NCBI GenBank assembly: GCA_027484965.1
Contig: JAIXRY010000008.1
Location: forward strand, 1,069-65,068
Length of the DNA: 64,000 nucleotides
Source: a bacterium
GTDB lineage: Bacteria > Patescibacteriota > Minisyncoccia > Phycocordibacterales > UBA9973
Reading direction: 5' to 3'
Every line of letters begins with the position of its first letter. The first letter of the stretch is position 1. Below, piece after piece: positions 38,103 through 48,510 of this stretch. The notes beneath the pieces were generated by a model, which saw nothing but the letters and a program-made list of their open reading frames with translations, ran no database searches and had not been told where the DNA came from. The position numbers were made by a program, and so were the translations under genes.

Positions 38103-38906
38103 ATGGACAACAAACCATACAAAGCAAAGAAATCTCTGGGTCAAAACTTTTTGAAATCTGAAAAGGCTCTTAATTTGATGGTTTCTGCTGGAAACATAGA
38201 GAATAAAGATACTGTCATAGAAATTGGCCCAGGAAAAGGAGTTCTTACTGAAAAACTTCTTGAAAAAGCAAGAAAGGTGATAGCAATTGAAAAAGACAGA
38301 GATCTTATAGAAATATTGGAGGAAAAATTCGAAGAAGACATAAAAAATGGAAAATTAGAAATAATTAACGACGACTGTCTTGAATTTGACCCAAGTAAAA
38401 CAAAGTCTTTTACTGGAAAATATAAGATTGTCGCGAATATTCCTTACTATATTACAGGTGCAATTATTAGAAAATTCTTAGAAAGTAAAAATCAACCCGA
38501 AATAATGGTTCTTTTGATACAAAAAGAGGTTGCCGAGAGAATTGTGACACGCGATGCCAAAGAAAGCTTACTTTCTCTATCAGTTAAAGCTTATGGTGTA
38601 CCAAAATATATAGACAAAGTATCAAAGAGATATTTTAACCCGAGCCCGAAGGTAGACTCAGCTATAATTGCAATAAATAATATAAGTAGAGATAATTTTA
38701 AAAGTAATGCACTAGAGTCAAAATTCTTTAAGCTTATTCATGCTGGATTTGGTCACAAAAGAAAGGTTTTGATAAAAAACCTCACAGATAAAGGGTATAA
38801 TAGAGAAAAGATTGTAGAACAATTTAAAGAATTAAGTATAAATGAAAAAGCTCGTTCTGAAGATATTTCTATAGAAAAATGGCTTATATTGTCAAGAAAT
38901 CTTTAA
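38103..38906 (+). CDS. rsmA: 16S rRNA (adenine1518/1519-N6)-dimethyltransferase RsmA/KsgA
   Basis: KSLGQNFL motif; SAM-binding EIGPGKGVLT; NIPYYIT. Confidence 0.9.
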   Translation: MDNKPYKAKKSLGQNFLKSEKALNLMVSAGNIENKDTVIEIGPGKGVLTEKLLEKARKVIAIEKDRDLIEILEEKFEEDIKNGKLEIINDDCLEFDPSKTKSFTGKYKIVANIPYYITGAIIRKFLESKNQPEIMVLLIQKEVAERIVTRDAKESLLSLSVKAYGVPKYIDKVSKRYFNPSPKVDSAIIAINNISRDNFKSNALESKFFKLIHAGFGHKRKVLIKNLTDKGYNREKIVEQFKELSINEKARSEDISIEKWLILSRNL

Positions 38907-38912
38907 AACACA

Positions 38913-38962
38913 ATTAAAATAGCGCGCCCCGACGGGGCGCGCTATTTTAATTGTGTTTTAAA
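38913..38962. terminator. Bidirectional terminator formed by a 26-bp perfect inverted repeat
   Basis: aaaacacaattaaaatagcgcgcccc-gac-ggggcgcgctattttaattgtgtttt. Confidence 0.75.
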
Positions 38963-39347
38963 ACCCAGAAGCTAGACCAGTATAATCAATAGTCCCTTCT
39001 GTAATAGGTAATTCTGTACAGTTTGGCTGAACACCAATCAAACAAACACCACCTTGTGTAGCCTTACCAAGCAGACGACTCATCATACTAATCTCTCCAT
39101 TTCCATAAATCCTTGTCATGCTATTTTCCAAATATGTTCCACTACTTCCAAAAGGTCCGCTTATAGTTAATTGAGACCCTCCATCAACATTACAAGTACA
39201 TTCTATTTTAGAAATAACTTGTCCTCCAAAATAGCTTCCTCCAAAAGAACCAAAACCCGCATAAACTTTTGATGTTATAAGCAACACAGCAATAAAAACT
39301 ACAGATAAAATACTAGCAGTTAAAATACTATTTTTATATTTCTTCAT
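38958..39347 (-). CDS. Small secreted Cys-containing orphan protein (129 aa)
   Basis: Signal peptide; Gly-rich; Cys pairs (ECTCN, GGVCLIGVQPNC). Confidence 0.35.
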   Translation of the reverse strand: MKKYKNSILTASILSVVFIAVLLITSKVYAGFGSFGGSYFGGQVISKIECTCNVDGGSQLTISGPFGSSGTYLENSMTRIYGNGEISMMSRLLGKATQGGVCLIGVQPNCTELPITEGTIDYTGLASGF

Positions 39348-39409
39348 ATATACAAGTATACATCATGTATGCACATAGTGTAAATTATAAATGTGGTATT
39401 ATTTAATTA

Positions 39410-40318
39410 ATGAATATAGAAAAATACAGACAATATCTTCCTAGTAAAAAATTCCAAAAAATACTTGGAAGTATAGTAATTGTTATTGTGGTAATAATAC
39501 TAATAAGCCTTGTAGGGTCTGGTAAAATACATATTACACAAAAACAAAAAGAACAAGCTGTTATTCAAAAAATGACTTTGAGTGAACTTGTTCAAAAAGA
39601 CACAGACAATGATGGCTCACCTGATTGGGAAGAAGGTCTTTTTGGTACAGATCCAAAACAACCAATTTCTAACAAACAAGGAATTCCTGATGGTGAATAT
39701 ATAAACAATCAAAAAAAGGCACAAGGAGGAGGTGATACTTCTAACTTAACAGAAACAGATAAAGCTGCTCAAGATTTCTTTATTGCCATCGAAGCATTAA
39801 AACAATCAGACAATCTTACTCCAACAGCTTTATATAACATAACTTCAAGCATATCTCAGACAATTCTTTCTGAAAAACTTCCAGAAACATATGCTTTTAG
39901 TGATGTAAAAACCACTGAAAATAATAAACAAAATCAGAAAAAATACATGACTGATTTTAAGAAAATACACAGTGATGCAATCAAAAAAGGACTTGGAAAA
40001 GAATTGGGCGTATTTATGCAAGCACTAGGTGAAGGGAATAGAGACCAGCTAGCGAGTCTTTCGAAATATGCAGATATTTACAAAAACATGTCTGTACAAT
40101 TAAAAAACATCCAGACCCCAGAAGACTTATCAACAAATCATTATTTGCTCATAAACCATTACGAGAGAATTGGAATTTCTCTGAATAATATTTCAGAATC
40201 TTTTGAAAATCCAACAAAAGGAATGATTGGTGTCGCTGGATATAAAAAATGGACTGAAGAATCAAATACAGTATTAAAAGATATTCAAGATTTATTTAAA
40301 CAATATGGTATACTATAA
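39410..40318 (+). CDS. Membrane-anchored secreted protein with a TSP3-like Ca-binding aspartate motif
   Basis: N-terminal helix; DTDNDGSPDWEEGLFGTDP...IPDGEY motif. Confidence 0.4.
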   Translation: MNIEKYRQYLPSKKFQKILGSIVIVIVVIILISLVGSGKIHITQKQKEQAVIQKMTLSELVQKDTDNDGSPDWEEGLFGTDPKQPISNKQGIPDGEYINNQKKAQGGGDTSNLTETDKAAQDFFIAIEALKQSDNLTPTALYNITSSISQTILSEKLPETYAFSDVKTTENNKQNQKKYMTDFKKIHSDAIKKGLGKELGVFMQALGEGNRDQLASLSKYADIYKNMSVQLKNIQTPEDLSTNHYLLINHYERIGISLNNISESFENPTKGMIGVAGYKKWTEESNTVLKDIQDLFKQYGIL

Positions 40319-42557
40319 AAACATTATGAGAGTATTCAAACTCCATTCAATCATAGGCTCAATTCTTATCTTTGCTTTTATAATAAGTCCTTTTGGATTA
40401 ATTGCTCAAGCTTTTAATTTAGAAAATTTAAATACAACAGATCTTACAAAAAGTGATTTGTTTGCAAACGATTTCGCTGGAGGAGGATATGCAATGCTTG
40501 ACTGTTTTGGAACCTCATCAAACATTCTTGATTCTATTCAAGGTTTTTTTGGTTCTGACGGTGGTCAAGATAAAGTAGCAGTTGATGACAAAACACAAAA
40601 TCTAAAAGAACAATGTCTTGATGCTGCAGCCCAAGTTAATGCCCAAAAAACAGTCGCTTCAATGTCTAAAAGTATTTTCAATTGGACTCAAACAGGTAAT
40701 GGAGGAAACCCTCTTTATGTAAAAGATTTTGGAAAATATCTAAGCAGTATTGAAACACAAGAAGTGGGTGTTCTAAAGAATAAATTCACTACTGAAATAT
40801 TAAATAACCCTGAGAAACTTCCTTTTGCAAAAGATGTAGTGAAGACAATGCAACAAGCAGACAAATCAAAAGATGATATTGTTGGAAACTTAACATATAC
40901 AGGACCAGACAAAAAGGCATTTTCAAACAGTTTTAAAGGTGGAGGTGGGTGGAGTTCTTGGCTTAAAGCAACACAAAATCCAGCAAACAACCCTATTGGA
41001 TTCAATCTAAAAGTTGGAGATGAACTCAAAAAGAAACAAGAAGAAGCTAAAGATAATATAAAAGAAGAGCTTAAACAAACAAGCTTCTTGCCTGTTCGTG
41101 AATGTGTAGATTCAAACTATAAATCAGACGGAACACCATTAACGGATGAGGATAGAAAAGCTGGAAAAACAGACATCTGTTCAAAATGGGATATAAAAAC
41201 ACCAGGCAGCCTCGTAAAAGACCAAGCGTCAGAAGCATCAAATTCTGCTTTAAATCTTGCACTAAATGCAGATCAGAAAGGTAAGCAGCTTAATGTTATG
41301 TTTGCATCTCTTCTTACTCAGCTCTTCAATCAAGGTTTTGCAACTCTCGGAAATAGGGCAAATCAAGTAATGAGCAATGTTCAGATATCTAGCAAAGTAC
41401 CTACATATGGAGATAATAGTGGATATAGCACAGAAGATGATGGGACAGGTGATTGGTTTGATTCTGTATGGGTTGGAGGAATAAGACCTCAAGATATTTC
41501 TATAATAATAAAAAATCAAAAAGATATTGCTAACAAGCTTCCAGAAAGAGTTTTAATTCTTCAATCAATAATAAACAAAACAAAAGAACTTGATTATTGT
41601 GTTCCAGGCCCAAATCCAATGTGGACTAAAGACCTTGGTGATTTTATAGGTATAAAAATGGAAGAAAATGGTAAAAAGGTAGAACCAGGTTTTGGAGAAA
41701 AATTCCTAAATATGGTCGCAAGTAACGGGAGTATAACAGGCGGGTTTGGTAGTACTGGGCTTATAGGGCTAATAGTAGGACTTCTTATGGAGGTTCGTGC
41801 ATTTAATTATTATTCCAGAGAAGAATTAAATGCTATATATCTAAAAAATACAATAACAGACACTAATAAATATTATGAATTTATTCAAAAGACTTACAAT
41901 AACCCTGCTTCATACCAAAAAATAAATTCAACGACTTACAACAACGATGAAGCAGTGCTAGATAATTTAGAGAAACTGTTTGAAATAAAAACAGACAGCG
42001 ACAGACAATATCTAAATATAAACTCATATCAAACACAAATAGAAAAGAATACAAGATATCTTTCTCTTACAAAAAAACAAATGGCGAGAATGCAGGATAT
42101 TTGTGTTCAAACACACAAGCTTTATGTACAAGCATACAACAGACAAATGCGCGAAAGAAATTCTTGGGAATCTTGGAATAAAAAAGGTCCAACAAAAGAA
42201 ATAATTGGTTACAGAAAAAAGAAATTAGTGAATGGTAAATATGAAGTAGATCCAAACAGTAAGCTATACTCTCCAGAAGAAGCGAGACTTAGTGTGACCG
42301 TGTTTAAAGCAGAACTTCCAAAAAAAGAAACTGAGCTGCTATTTGCATCAAATATTACTGAGCAATTCGACCAAAATGCATTTAATACTCTATATATTCC
42401 AGTAGAAGAGACAATCCCTGAACCAAAAAAAGTTCCTCCTCTGCCTCCATTTTCAGAATATGCACTTAACTGTTCTGGAAATATAGGTAACTTTAGTGAC
42501 CCTTCAACTATAACTGTACAGACATCTAACAATAACAATATTAAAAATACTGAATAA
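40305..42557 (+). CDS. Large membrane-anchored secreted orphan protein (750 aa)
   Basis: N-terminal helix (alternative start MRVFKLHSII at 40326); start overlaps the upstream gene by 14 nt, consistent with an operon. Confidence 0.4.
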   Translation: MVYYKNIMRVFKLHSIIGSILIFAFIISPFGLIAQAFNLENLNTTDLTKSDLFANDFAGGGYAMLDCFGTSSNILDSIQGFFGSDGGQDKVAVDDKTQNLKEQCLDAAAQVNAQKTVASMSKSIFNWTQTGNGGNPLYVKDFGKYLSSIETQEVGVLKNKFTTEILNNPEKLPFAKDVVKTMQQADKSKDDIVGNLTYTGPDKKAFSNSFKGGGGWSSWLKATQNPANNPIGFNLKVGDELKKKQEEAKDNIKEELKQTSFLPVRECVDSNYKSDGTPLTDEDRKAGKTDICSKWDIKTPGSLVKDQASEASNSALNLALNADQKGKQLNVMFASLLTQLFNQGFATLGNRANQVMSNVQISSKVPTYGDNSGYSTEDDGTGDWFDSVWVGGIRPQDISIIIKNQKDIANKLPERVLILQSIINKTKELDYCVPGPNPMWTKDLGDFIGIKMEENGKKVEPGFGEKFLNMVASNGSITGGFGSTGLIGLIVGLLMEVRAFNYYSREELNAIYLKNTITDTNKYYEFIQKTYNNPASYQKINSTTYNNDEAVLDNLEKLFEIKTDSDRQYLNINSYQTQIEKNTRYLSLTKKQMARMQDICVQTHKLYVQAYNRQMRERNSWESWNKKGPTKEIIGYRKKKLVNGKYEVDPNSKLYSPEEARLSVTVFKAELPKKETELLFASNITEQFDQNAFNTLYIPVEETIPEPKKVPPLPPFSEYALNCSGNIGNFSDPSTITVQTSNNNNIKNTE

Positions 42558-42561
42558 ATAT

Positions 42562-44664
42562 ATGTATAACGATCGTCGTAAAAAAATAATAAGAATTTCA
42601 TTAATTGTTCTAGGTATAATTATAATTGTTCTTATTTATTTATTTATAAAAAGCAAACAACAAACAGAAACAACGGGAAATAAAGGAAACTTTTTTCTAG
42701 ATCTTGGAAGTCTTATTACAGGTAAAAGACAAAACCCTAACGGTGTCTCTCTAACTCCAAATGGGAATGGCCTAGGTGGTAGCAATGGAAGTGGTAATGG
42801 GAACGGTAGCAATAATGGAAGTGGTAATGGGAACGGTAGCGGATCACCACTTGTTTTGGGGGGTCTACCAGAACCGACACCTATAGCTCAAAATATTGGT
42901 GGAGGTTTCGGAACAAACAACAGAGACTTATTCCCTGATAATCAAAATCCTAATAACTGTATTGGATGTAGTGGTTCTTTTGGTATAGGAAACGGCGACT
43001 TAGGAAGTGGAGGAGGTTCAGGAAACAGTGGTTTAGGTGGTGATGGATTGGGCGATGATGGTTTAGGTGGTGATGGATTGGGCGATGATGGTTTAGGTGG
43101 TGATGGATTGGGCGATGTGTCTAGTTATGTATATATAAATGCTGTCCCAAGTGCTATACACAAAGACGATGAAGTTACTGTTACTTGGGAATCTTCTAAT
43201 GTGAATACTTGTTTTGCAAGTTCATTCCCTGTAGTACCAGGATGGAATGGCTCAACAGGTAAATCAGGGACTAAATATTTTTCTCTAAATAAACCTACGA
43301 CTTTTATCATTAAATGTTCAACAACAAGTGGTACAGTTCAGGCTTCTGACTCTGTTTCAGTACTCGCAGATGATGTACCTTTGTGTAAAGAGGACAATAC
43401 TTGTTTTCTAGGAGATAGTGAAACAGGCAAGTATGTATCTGCCGTTATGGAAGCAAGTCCATACATTGTCGAGTCTGGTGATACGAGTTTGCTTGCATGG
43501 GACACAGAGAACGCTACCATGTGTAATGCAAACAGTGTTCCTCTGCGAGATGACTGGAGAGGATTAATACCTCAGAGTTCAGGAGAAACAGATATTACAC
43601 TTCCAAGTACACCTGTTACATATATACTTACATGTACAGACGGGAAGACTACAGGTCAAACAGATGTAACAATTTCAATAGACACATCAAAAATAGATGA
43701 CGGACGAGACTTTGGTGACGATCCTATAGATCTGTGTAGCAGGTCAGAACAAGAAAGAAATCCTCTTTGTTTAGTAAGAGATATTTCTATAGATGAAGAA
43801 GAGAAGATCCTCATTCTAACAAACGAAGAACAAGCCATTCTTGACTCTCTCATGAAAGAAGTTGCTATTATGTCTCCAACACTTCCTTCAAACCAAACGT
43901 CTTCTAGTCTTGATATTTCAACACAGACGTACAGAGCAATATTGAGCGACATAGAAAAAAATGTTAGTACTTGTTATGACCTCACACAAAATACATCAAA
44001 AAATCAAGATTTTATCGATGCTCTTTGGGAAAGGCAGATAGTAGGGAGAAGACCTTTACCATTTCTAGGGAACAGAAATCCAATATTTGAAATACCAATA
44101 AATCCTGGAGCAACAACATACATATATAAAAGCAAGGATGGTAGCACCACAGAAATAAAAATACCTAAAAACTTACAAATAGCAAGTGGAGGTAGTAAAG
44201 GTAGTTTTAAAATACCCATAATACCAGAAACAAGTACATATACATATACAGACCCAGTAAGAGGAGATAAGACAATAATACAAATACCAAAAGAACTACA
44301 AAATCCTATTCTTCAAAACATATCAATATATTTACAAAATCTATATCCAGTTAAGCCACCTTCTGCAAAATTACTCAAAAAATATTATGATTTTGCACGT
44401 TCACCTGGAAATACTTGGAGAGCTACAGAACTAGGAGAAGGAGAGAGAGATTGTCCAGGGCGCCGCATTACAACAACATACAAAAACGACATCCAAGGCA
44501 CTTTCATTTTCCCTTGGCTTGGAGATGGTTGTTGGTATATGAACTCATATAAGACAAATGAAGATGATGCACAAAAAGGTATATATGATCTTGTTCCAGG
44601 ATACGGACGTATGCAAGAGCAAGTAGAGTATGGATCAGACACAAAAGGAATAAAAATATTCTAA
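42562..44664 (+). CDS. Large secreted protein with low-complexity GN/GS and GDGLGD tandem-repeat linker and two Ig-like Cys-containing domains
   Basis: N-terminal helix. Tandem 27/30-bp DNA repeats (42781-42840, 43031-43117). Domains VTVTWESSNVNTCFASS...FIIKCSTTSG and LLAWDTENATMCNANS...YILTCTDGKT match the repeat family in the 4925-7024 protein. Confidence 0.5.
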   Translation: MYNDRRKKIIRISLIVLGIIIIVLIYLFIKSKQQTETTGNKGNFFLDLGSLITGKRQNPNGVSLTPNGNGLGGSNGSGNGNGSNNGSGNGNGSGSPLVLGGLPEPTPIAQNIGGGFGTNNRDLFPDNQNPNNCIGCSGSFGIGNGDLGSGGGSGNSGLGGDGLGDDGLGGDGLGDDGLGGDGLGDVSSYVYINAVPSAIHKDDEVTVTWESSNVNTCFASSFPVVPGWNGSTGKSGTKYFSLNKPTTFIIKCSTTSGTVQASDSVSVLADDVPLCKEDNTCFLGDSETGKYVSAVMEASPYIVESGDTSLLAWDTENATMCNANSVPLRDDWRGLIPQSSGETDITLPSTPVTYILTCTDGKTTGQTDVTISIDTSKIDDGRDFGDDPIDLCSRSEQERNPLCLVRDISIDEEEKILILTNEEQAILDSLMKEVAIMSPTLPSNQTSSSLDISTQTYRAILSDIEKNVSTCYDLTQNTSKNQDFIDALWERQIVGRRPLPFLGNRNPIFEIPINPGATTYIYKSKDGSTTEIKIPKNLQIASGGSKGSFKIPIIPETSTYTYTDPVRGDKTIIQIPKELQNPILQNISIYLQNLYPVKPPSAKLLKKYYDFARSPGNTWRATELGEGERDCPGRRITTTYKNDIQGTFIFPWLGDGCWYMNSYKTNEDDAQKGIYDLVPGYGRMQEQVEYGSDTKGIKIF
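43031..43117. repeat. Tandem 30-bp repeat (ggtttaggtggtgatggattgggcgatgat, ~2.9 copies) encoding GDGLGDDGLG
   Basis: Direct inspection. A second 27-bp tandem pair at 42781-42840 encodes NGSGNGNGS. Confidence 0.85.
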
Positions 44665-44700
44665 AACTAAAAGAAGTCCCGAAGGACTTCTTTTAGTTTT
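44665..44700 (+). terminator. Intrinsic terminator
   Basis: aaaagaagtcccgaaggacttcttttag. Confidence 0.7.
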
Positions 44701-44782
44701 AGAAACTATTATTTATACACAGATATATTATCTTACTATATATATTTATTTTTAAAAGAGGGTGGTATACTTATAGTATTAC

Positions 44783-47716
44783 ATGAAGCGAATTTTCTCT
44801 ACGCTCATTATAGGAGTTATTCTTATAGCAAATCTATTTGCGCCTTTTGAATATTCTCTAAAAGAAAAGTCTTTCAAAAAATCTCAGGCTCAAGCAGCTT
44901 TTGATGGGAGTGTGAGTGGTTACAAAAATGCATTTAAAAATAGTATATTAGAAGTTAACAACACCACACTAACAGCAAATGGCACCGTTGCATTGGTAGA
45001 CTTTAAAATAAAACTAGATACAGGGCTTCCTACAGGTAGCACACGACAACAAGTAAATGAAATTTTTGCTCACGTTTCTTCAAAAGGTTCTTACTGGATA
45101 ATTGGTGATACTGGAACAAACATTTTTAATGACAATTCATTTGTTTTGGTTATAAAAGACAAGGCGACGGGGATTGGCGGTTATAAAGATATAACATATA
45201 ATTTGTTGCTGGTTAATGAAAACAATGTAACAACAAATTATATTGACAAAAAGGATAACATGCCAATATCATTAATTAATGATGTCTCTATTCCAAGCAC
45301 ATTAACTGGAGATTTATCATATTTAAAACCATCAACAACTTACATAGCCACTCTTTATTATAGAGCAGATAGTCATATAGGTTCTGGCGATGGTGCAGGG
45401 AACGGCGAATCTATTTTAGATATATTAAAAAACAAAGATTTTTATCCAGTAGGAAATCCTATTGAATTTACAACTACAGACCGAATTGGTGGTGGAGGAG
45501 ATCTTGGTTCAGGACAAGGATACACAGATCAAGCAGTAAACGATGATTTACCTGCTTGTAGTTTAGGATTTTTACCTGGAGTTGAAGGTGATATTCTTGG
45601 TTGTGGTGTACAAATACTATTTTACCTAGTATATACTCCTGTCTCTTGGGGAATGGCTGCGGCGGGAATGTTCATGGACTTCTCTCTAGATTATTCTCTA
45701 GACTCTGCTTCTTATAGTGGGGAGAGTACTGGATTTGTTAGTAAAGCTTGGGGATTCATACGCGATCTTTGCAATATTTTCTTCATTGTATCAATGCTTT
45801 ATATTGCACTTGGTGTAATATTCGAATTCAAAGGAGCTGGAGACTGGAAGAAATCTGTCGCAAATCTTGTTATTGCAGCACTTGCCATAAACTTCTCACT
45901 TTTCATAACAAAAATACCTATAGACCTTGGAAATATTGCAGCTAGAGTATTTTACAATTCTGATTTAATTAAAATTACGAAAGTAGGAGATGACGGAGAA
46001 ACAACAGGCTCACTTTCTGAAGCTGTTGTTGAAGGATTTCAACCTCAAAGGATATATTATGATGGTTTAAAAAATGTAAACAATGTTAAAGGAGAAAATG
46101 CGTCTGAGGGGACAGGCGTAGGGACTTATACTATTATTATTATTTTTGCAACAATAATAAACTGGATAGCGCTTTGGATATTTTTCAAGATAGGCCTATT
46201 ATTCCTCGGACGTGTTGTTTCGCTTTGGTATCATATGATTCTTTCACCTCTTGCATTTGTCTCTGATTATCTCCCAGACGCTATTAAAAGTAGTGTAGGT
46301 GGTTTTAATTTTAGTAGTTGGATGAAAGAAATAGTGAGACTTTCTGTAATGCCTGTAATATTCATGGCTCTCATGTATCTATTACTATTATTCATAAGCG
46401 TCGGAACATCAACAATCAGTAAAGGGGGTAATGCATTCGCTTGGATTATCGGGACAGTAGCACCTTTCGTATTTGTTATTATAATGCTCAAAAAAGCACA
46501 AACAACAACAGAAGGATTTGCTGATGATATAGCTAGAAAAACAACTGATTATGCAGGGAAAGCTATAGGTACAGTGGCAGGACTTGCGGCAGGAGGGGTA
46601 GGATTTGCTGGAAGAAGAGTACTTGGAAGCAAATTAGCTAATCTTGCGAATAGTTCATCTCTAAAAGATACAGCTGCTAAGGGTGGTATTGGAGGTGCGA
46701 TGGCTCGTATGACACTCAAAGGTGCTGACTACGGCTCTAAAGCGTCTTTTGATCTTAGAGGTACAGACGCATTCAAAAAAGCAGGGTTTGATGATTCATA
46801 TTCAAAAGGTGCTACAGCCAAGATGTTTGGAATGGACTTGAAAGATGGTGGATATGTAGGTGCAGAGAAGCGCCGCAAAGAAATGCATGAAAAACGTATG
46901 AAGCAATTCGCTGCAAATGACGATGAATACAAAGCACTGAAAGCAAGAGAAGAAAAGCGTTTTGGTGAAAAATTCGATAAAGAAAAATTTGAAAATAAAT
47001 ATGGCAAGAACGCCAACGAACTAAACATAAACAGACAAACAGCTTATGCTGAAAGTCTTAAAAACAAAGGAAAATCAATAGGAGAAGCCGTAGGAAAAGT
47101 AATGGGAGAATCAATAGGAGAAGCCGTAGGAAAAGCTGTAGGAAAAGCAAGCAATGCAGCTGGAGCTATTGCGGGAAACAATACTATAGATGAGAAATTT
47201 GCTGATAAAGTATTAAAAGATGGTAAAGAGAAAAAGAAAAAATTTGAAAAAATAAAAGACGAACAGAAAAGTATTGAGAATCAAATTGCCATTGTTGAAG
47301 ATGAAATCAGCGAAATAAACACATTCTTCGAAAAAATGACAAGCGATGAAGATTTTAAAGCTATAAGAAAAGATATTAAAGATAAGCCAGAAAATAAAGG
47401 GCTTTCAGATGCAAGTATTGATAAAAAAGCTTCTCAAGAATATGAGGCGAAAATTAAAAAAGAACTTAGAGAATTGGAAGCAAAAAGGGAGGCTTGGCGT
47501 ACAGGTGACAGTGATGGAGATTTTGAAGAAGAAGCTAAACTTGAGTTATTACGAAAAGAAAGTAGTAAGTTTGAGTCATATTCAAAAAAGAACCTAGAAA
47601 CTTTGGAAGCAAAAAGGGATAAATTAGAAAAAAGATCAACAACTCTTTCAGGAAATTCCGATAAAATTAGTGGAAAAGACAAGAAAGATGAAGAAAAGAA
47701 AGACGATAAAAAATAA
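44783..47716 (+). CDS. VirB6/TrbL-like polytopic membrane protein with a long K/E-rich coiled-coil C-terminal tail (putative T4SS channel component)
   Basis: Signal/anchor helix, ~270-aa extracytoplasmic domain, then at least five hydrophobic helices (e.g. IFFIVSMLYIALGVIF, IIIFATIINWIALWIFFKIGLLFLG, VMPVIFMALMYLLLLFISVG, FAWIIGTVAPFVFVIIML). C-terminal repeats GEAVGKVMGESIGEAVGKAVGKA, then a charged coiled coil. Confidence 0.45.
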   Translation: MKRIFSTLIIGVILIANLFAPFEYSLKEKSFKKSQAQAAFDGSVSGYKNAFKNSILEVNNTTLTANGTVALVDFKIKLDTGLPTGSTRQQVNEIFAHVSSKGSYWIIGDTGTNIFNDNSFVLVIKDKATGIGGYKDITYNLLLVNENNVTTNYIDKKDNMPISLINDVSIPSTLTGDLSYLKPSTTYIATLYYRADSHIGSGDGAGNGESILDILKNKDFYPVGNPIEFTTTDRIGGGGDLGSGQGYTDQAVNDDLPACSLGFLPGVEGDILGCGVQILFYLVYTPVSWGMAAAGMFMDFSLDYSLDSASYSGESTGFVSKAWGFIRDLCNIFFIVSMLYIALGVIFEFKGAGDWKKSVANLVIAALAINFSLFITKIPIDLGNIAARVFYNSDLIKITKVGDDGETTGSLSEAVVEGFQPQRIYYDGLKNVNNVKGENASEGTGVGTYTIIIIFATIINWIALWIFFKIGLLFLGRVVSLWYHMILSPLAFVSDYLPDAIKSSVGGFNFSSWMKEIVRLSVMPVIFMALMYLLLLFISVGTSTISKGGNAFAWIIGTVAPFVFVIIMLKKAQTTTEGFADDIARKTTDYAGKAIGTVAGLAAGGVGFAGRRVLGSKLANLANSSSLKDTAAKGGIGGAMARMTLKGADYGSKASFDLRGTDAFKKAGFDDSYSKGATAKMFGMDLKDGGYVGAEKRRKEMHEKRMKQFAANDDEYKALKAREEKRFGEKFDKEKFENKYGKNANELNINRQTAYAESLKNKGKSIGEAVGKVMGESIGEAVGKAVGKASNAAGAIAGNNTIDEKFADKVLKDGKEKKKKFEKIKDEQKSIENQIAIVEDEISEINTFFEKMTSDEDFKAIRKDIKDKPENKGLSDASIDKKASQEYEAKIKKELRELEAKREAWRTGDSDGDFEEEAKLELLRKESSKFESYSKKNLETLEAKRDKLEKRSTTLSGNSDKISGKDKKDEEKKDDKK

Positions 47717-47718
47717 TT

Positions 47719-48402
47719 ATGGATAATATTCAAGAAAAAGAAATCCCATACGAACTTTTTAAAGCAGTTGAAAAAATTGACTATAATTTAGTATTAAAAA
47801 ACATTGCAGATAACCACGATTTACACATCAATCAGAGTGCTTTACTTGATCGATCTTTAAAAGAGTATATATTCGGAGATATTGATGCAGATACTTTTGA
47901 AGCCAGTCTTGCAAGTATTACAAATAACAACAAAGAAGATTTTAAAAAACTTTTAGATGATGTAAACTCTAAGATAATCGAACCTGTAAGGGATATGTTT
48001 TTGGAATTAACAGTTAGAAAAGAAATTTTATTTTCAGATGATGATTTTGAAGACACAAACAGTACCGCTTCTATCGAAGAAATTGATCATCAAGCCTTAT
48101 ACGACGCAGGAATAGAAATAGAAGGATTTGTACCAAAGGCTCCTGAGAGGAAATATGGTGAGGAAATATTTCCAAATGAAGATCTTAGTGTTCATGAAAA
48201 AATGCTTAGTGAAGAATTGACAAAGATAAAACCTAAGGAGGTTTTGGAAATACCAAAGAAGCCAGAAATAATTCCTCAAAACTTTATGGAACAAAAATTG
48301 GGTGGGGTAGTAAGAAACACTTCAAGCAATAGCGACCAATCACTTCCATCAATAGCAAAAAAAGAAGTAGAAAAATTCGATCCTTACAGAGAAAAAGTGT
48401 AA
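47719..48402 (+). CDS. Orphan acidic cytoplasmic protein (227 aa), translationally coupled to the VirB6-like gene
   Basis: Start 3 nt after the upstream stop. Confidence 0.35.
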   Translation: MDNIQEKEIPYELFKAVEKIDYNLVLKNIADNHDLHINQSALLDRSLKEYIFGDIDADTFEASLASITNNNKEDFKKLLDDVNSKIIEPVRDMFLELTVRKEILFSDDDFEDTNSTASIEEIDHQALYDAGIEIEGFVPKAPERKYGEEIFPNEDLSVHEKMLSEELTKIKPKEVLEIPKKPEIIPQNFMEQKLGGVVRNTSSNSDQSLPSIAKKEVEKFDPYREKV

Positions 48403-48436
48403 ATAGTAAAAAGAGATTAGTTACTAAAAACATAGA

Positions 48437-48487
48437 AAATACAAGAGCGGGACCCGAAGGGTCCCGCTCTTGTATTTATTTTTTAGT
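48437..48487. terminator. Bidirectional intrinsic terminator
   Basis: aaaatacaagagcgggacccgaagggtcccgctcttgtattt. The core gcgggacccgaagggtcccgc is identical to the terminator at 11384. Confidence 0.75.
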
Positions 48488-48510
48488 TGCTTGGTAGTAG
48501 TTACTGTGCA

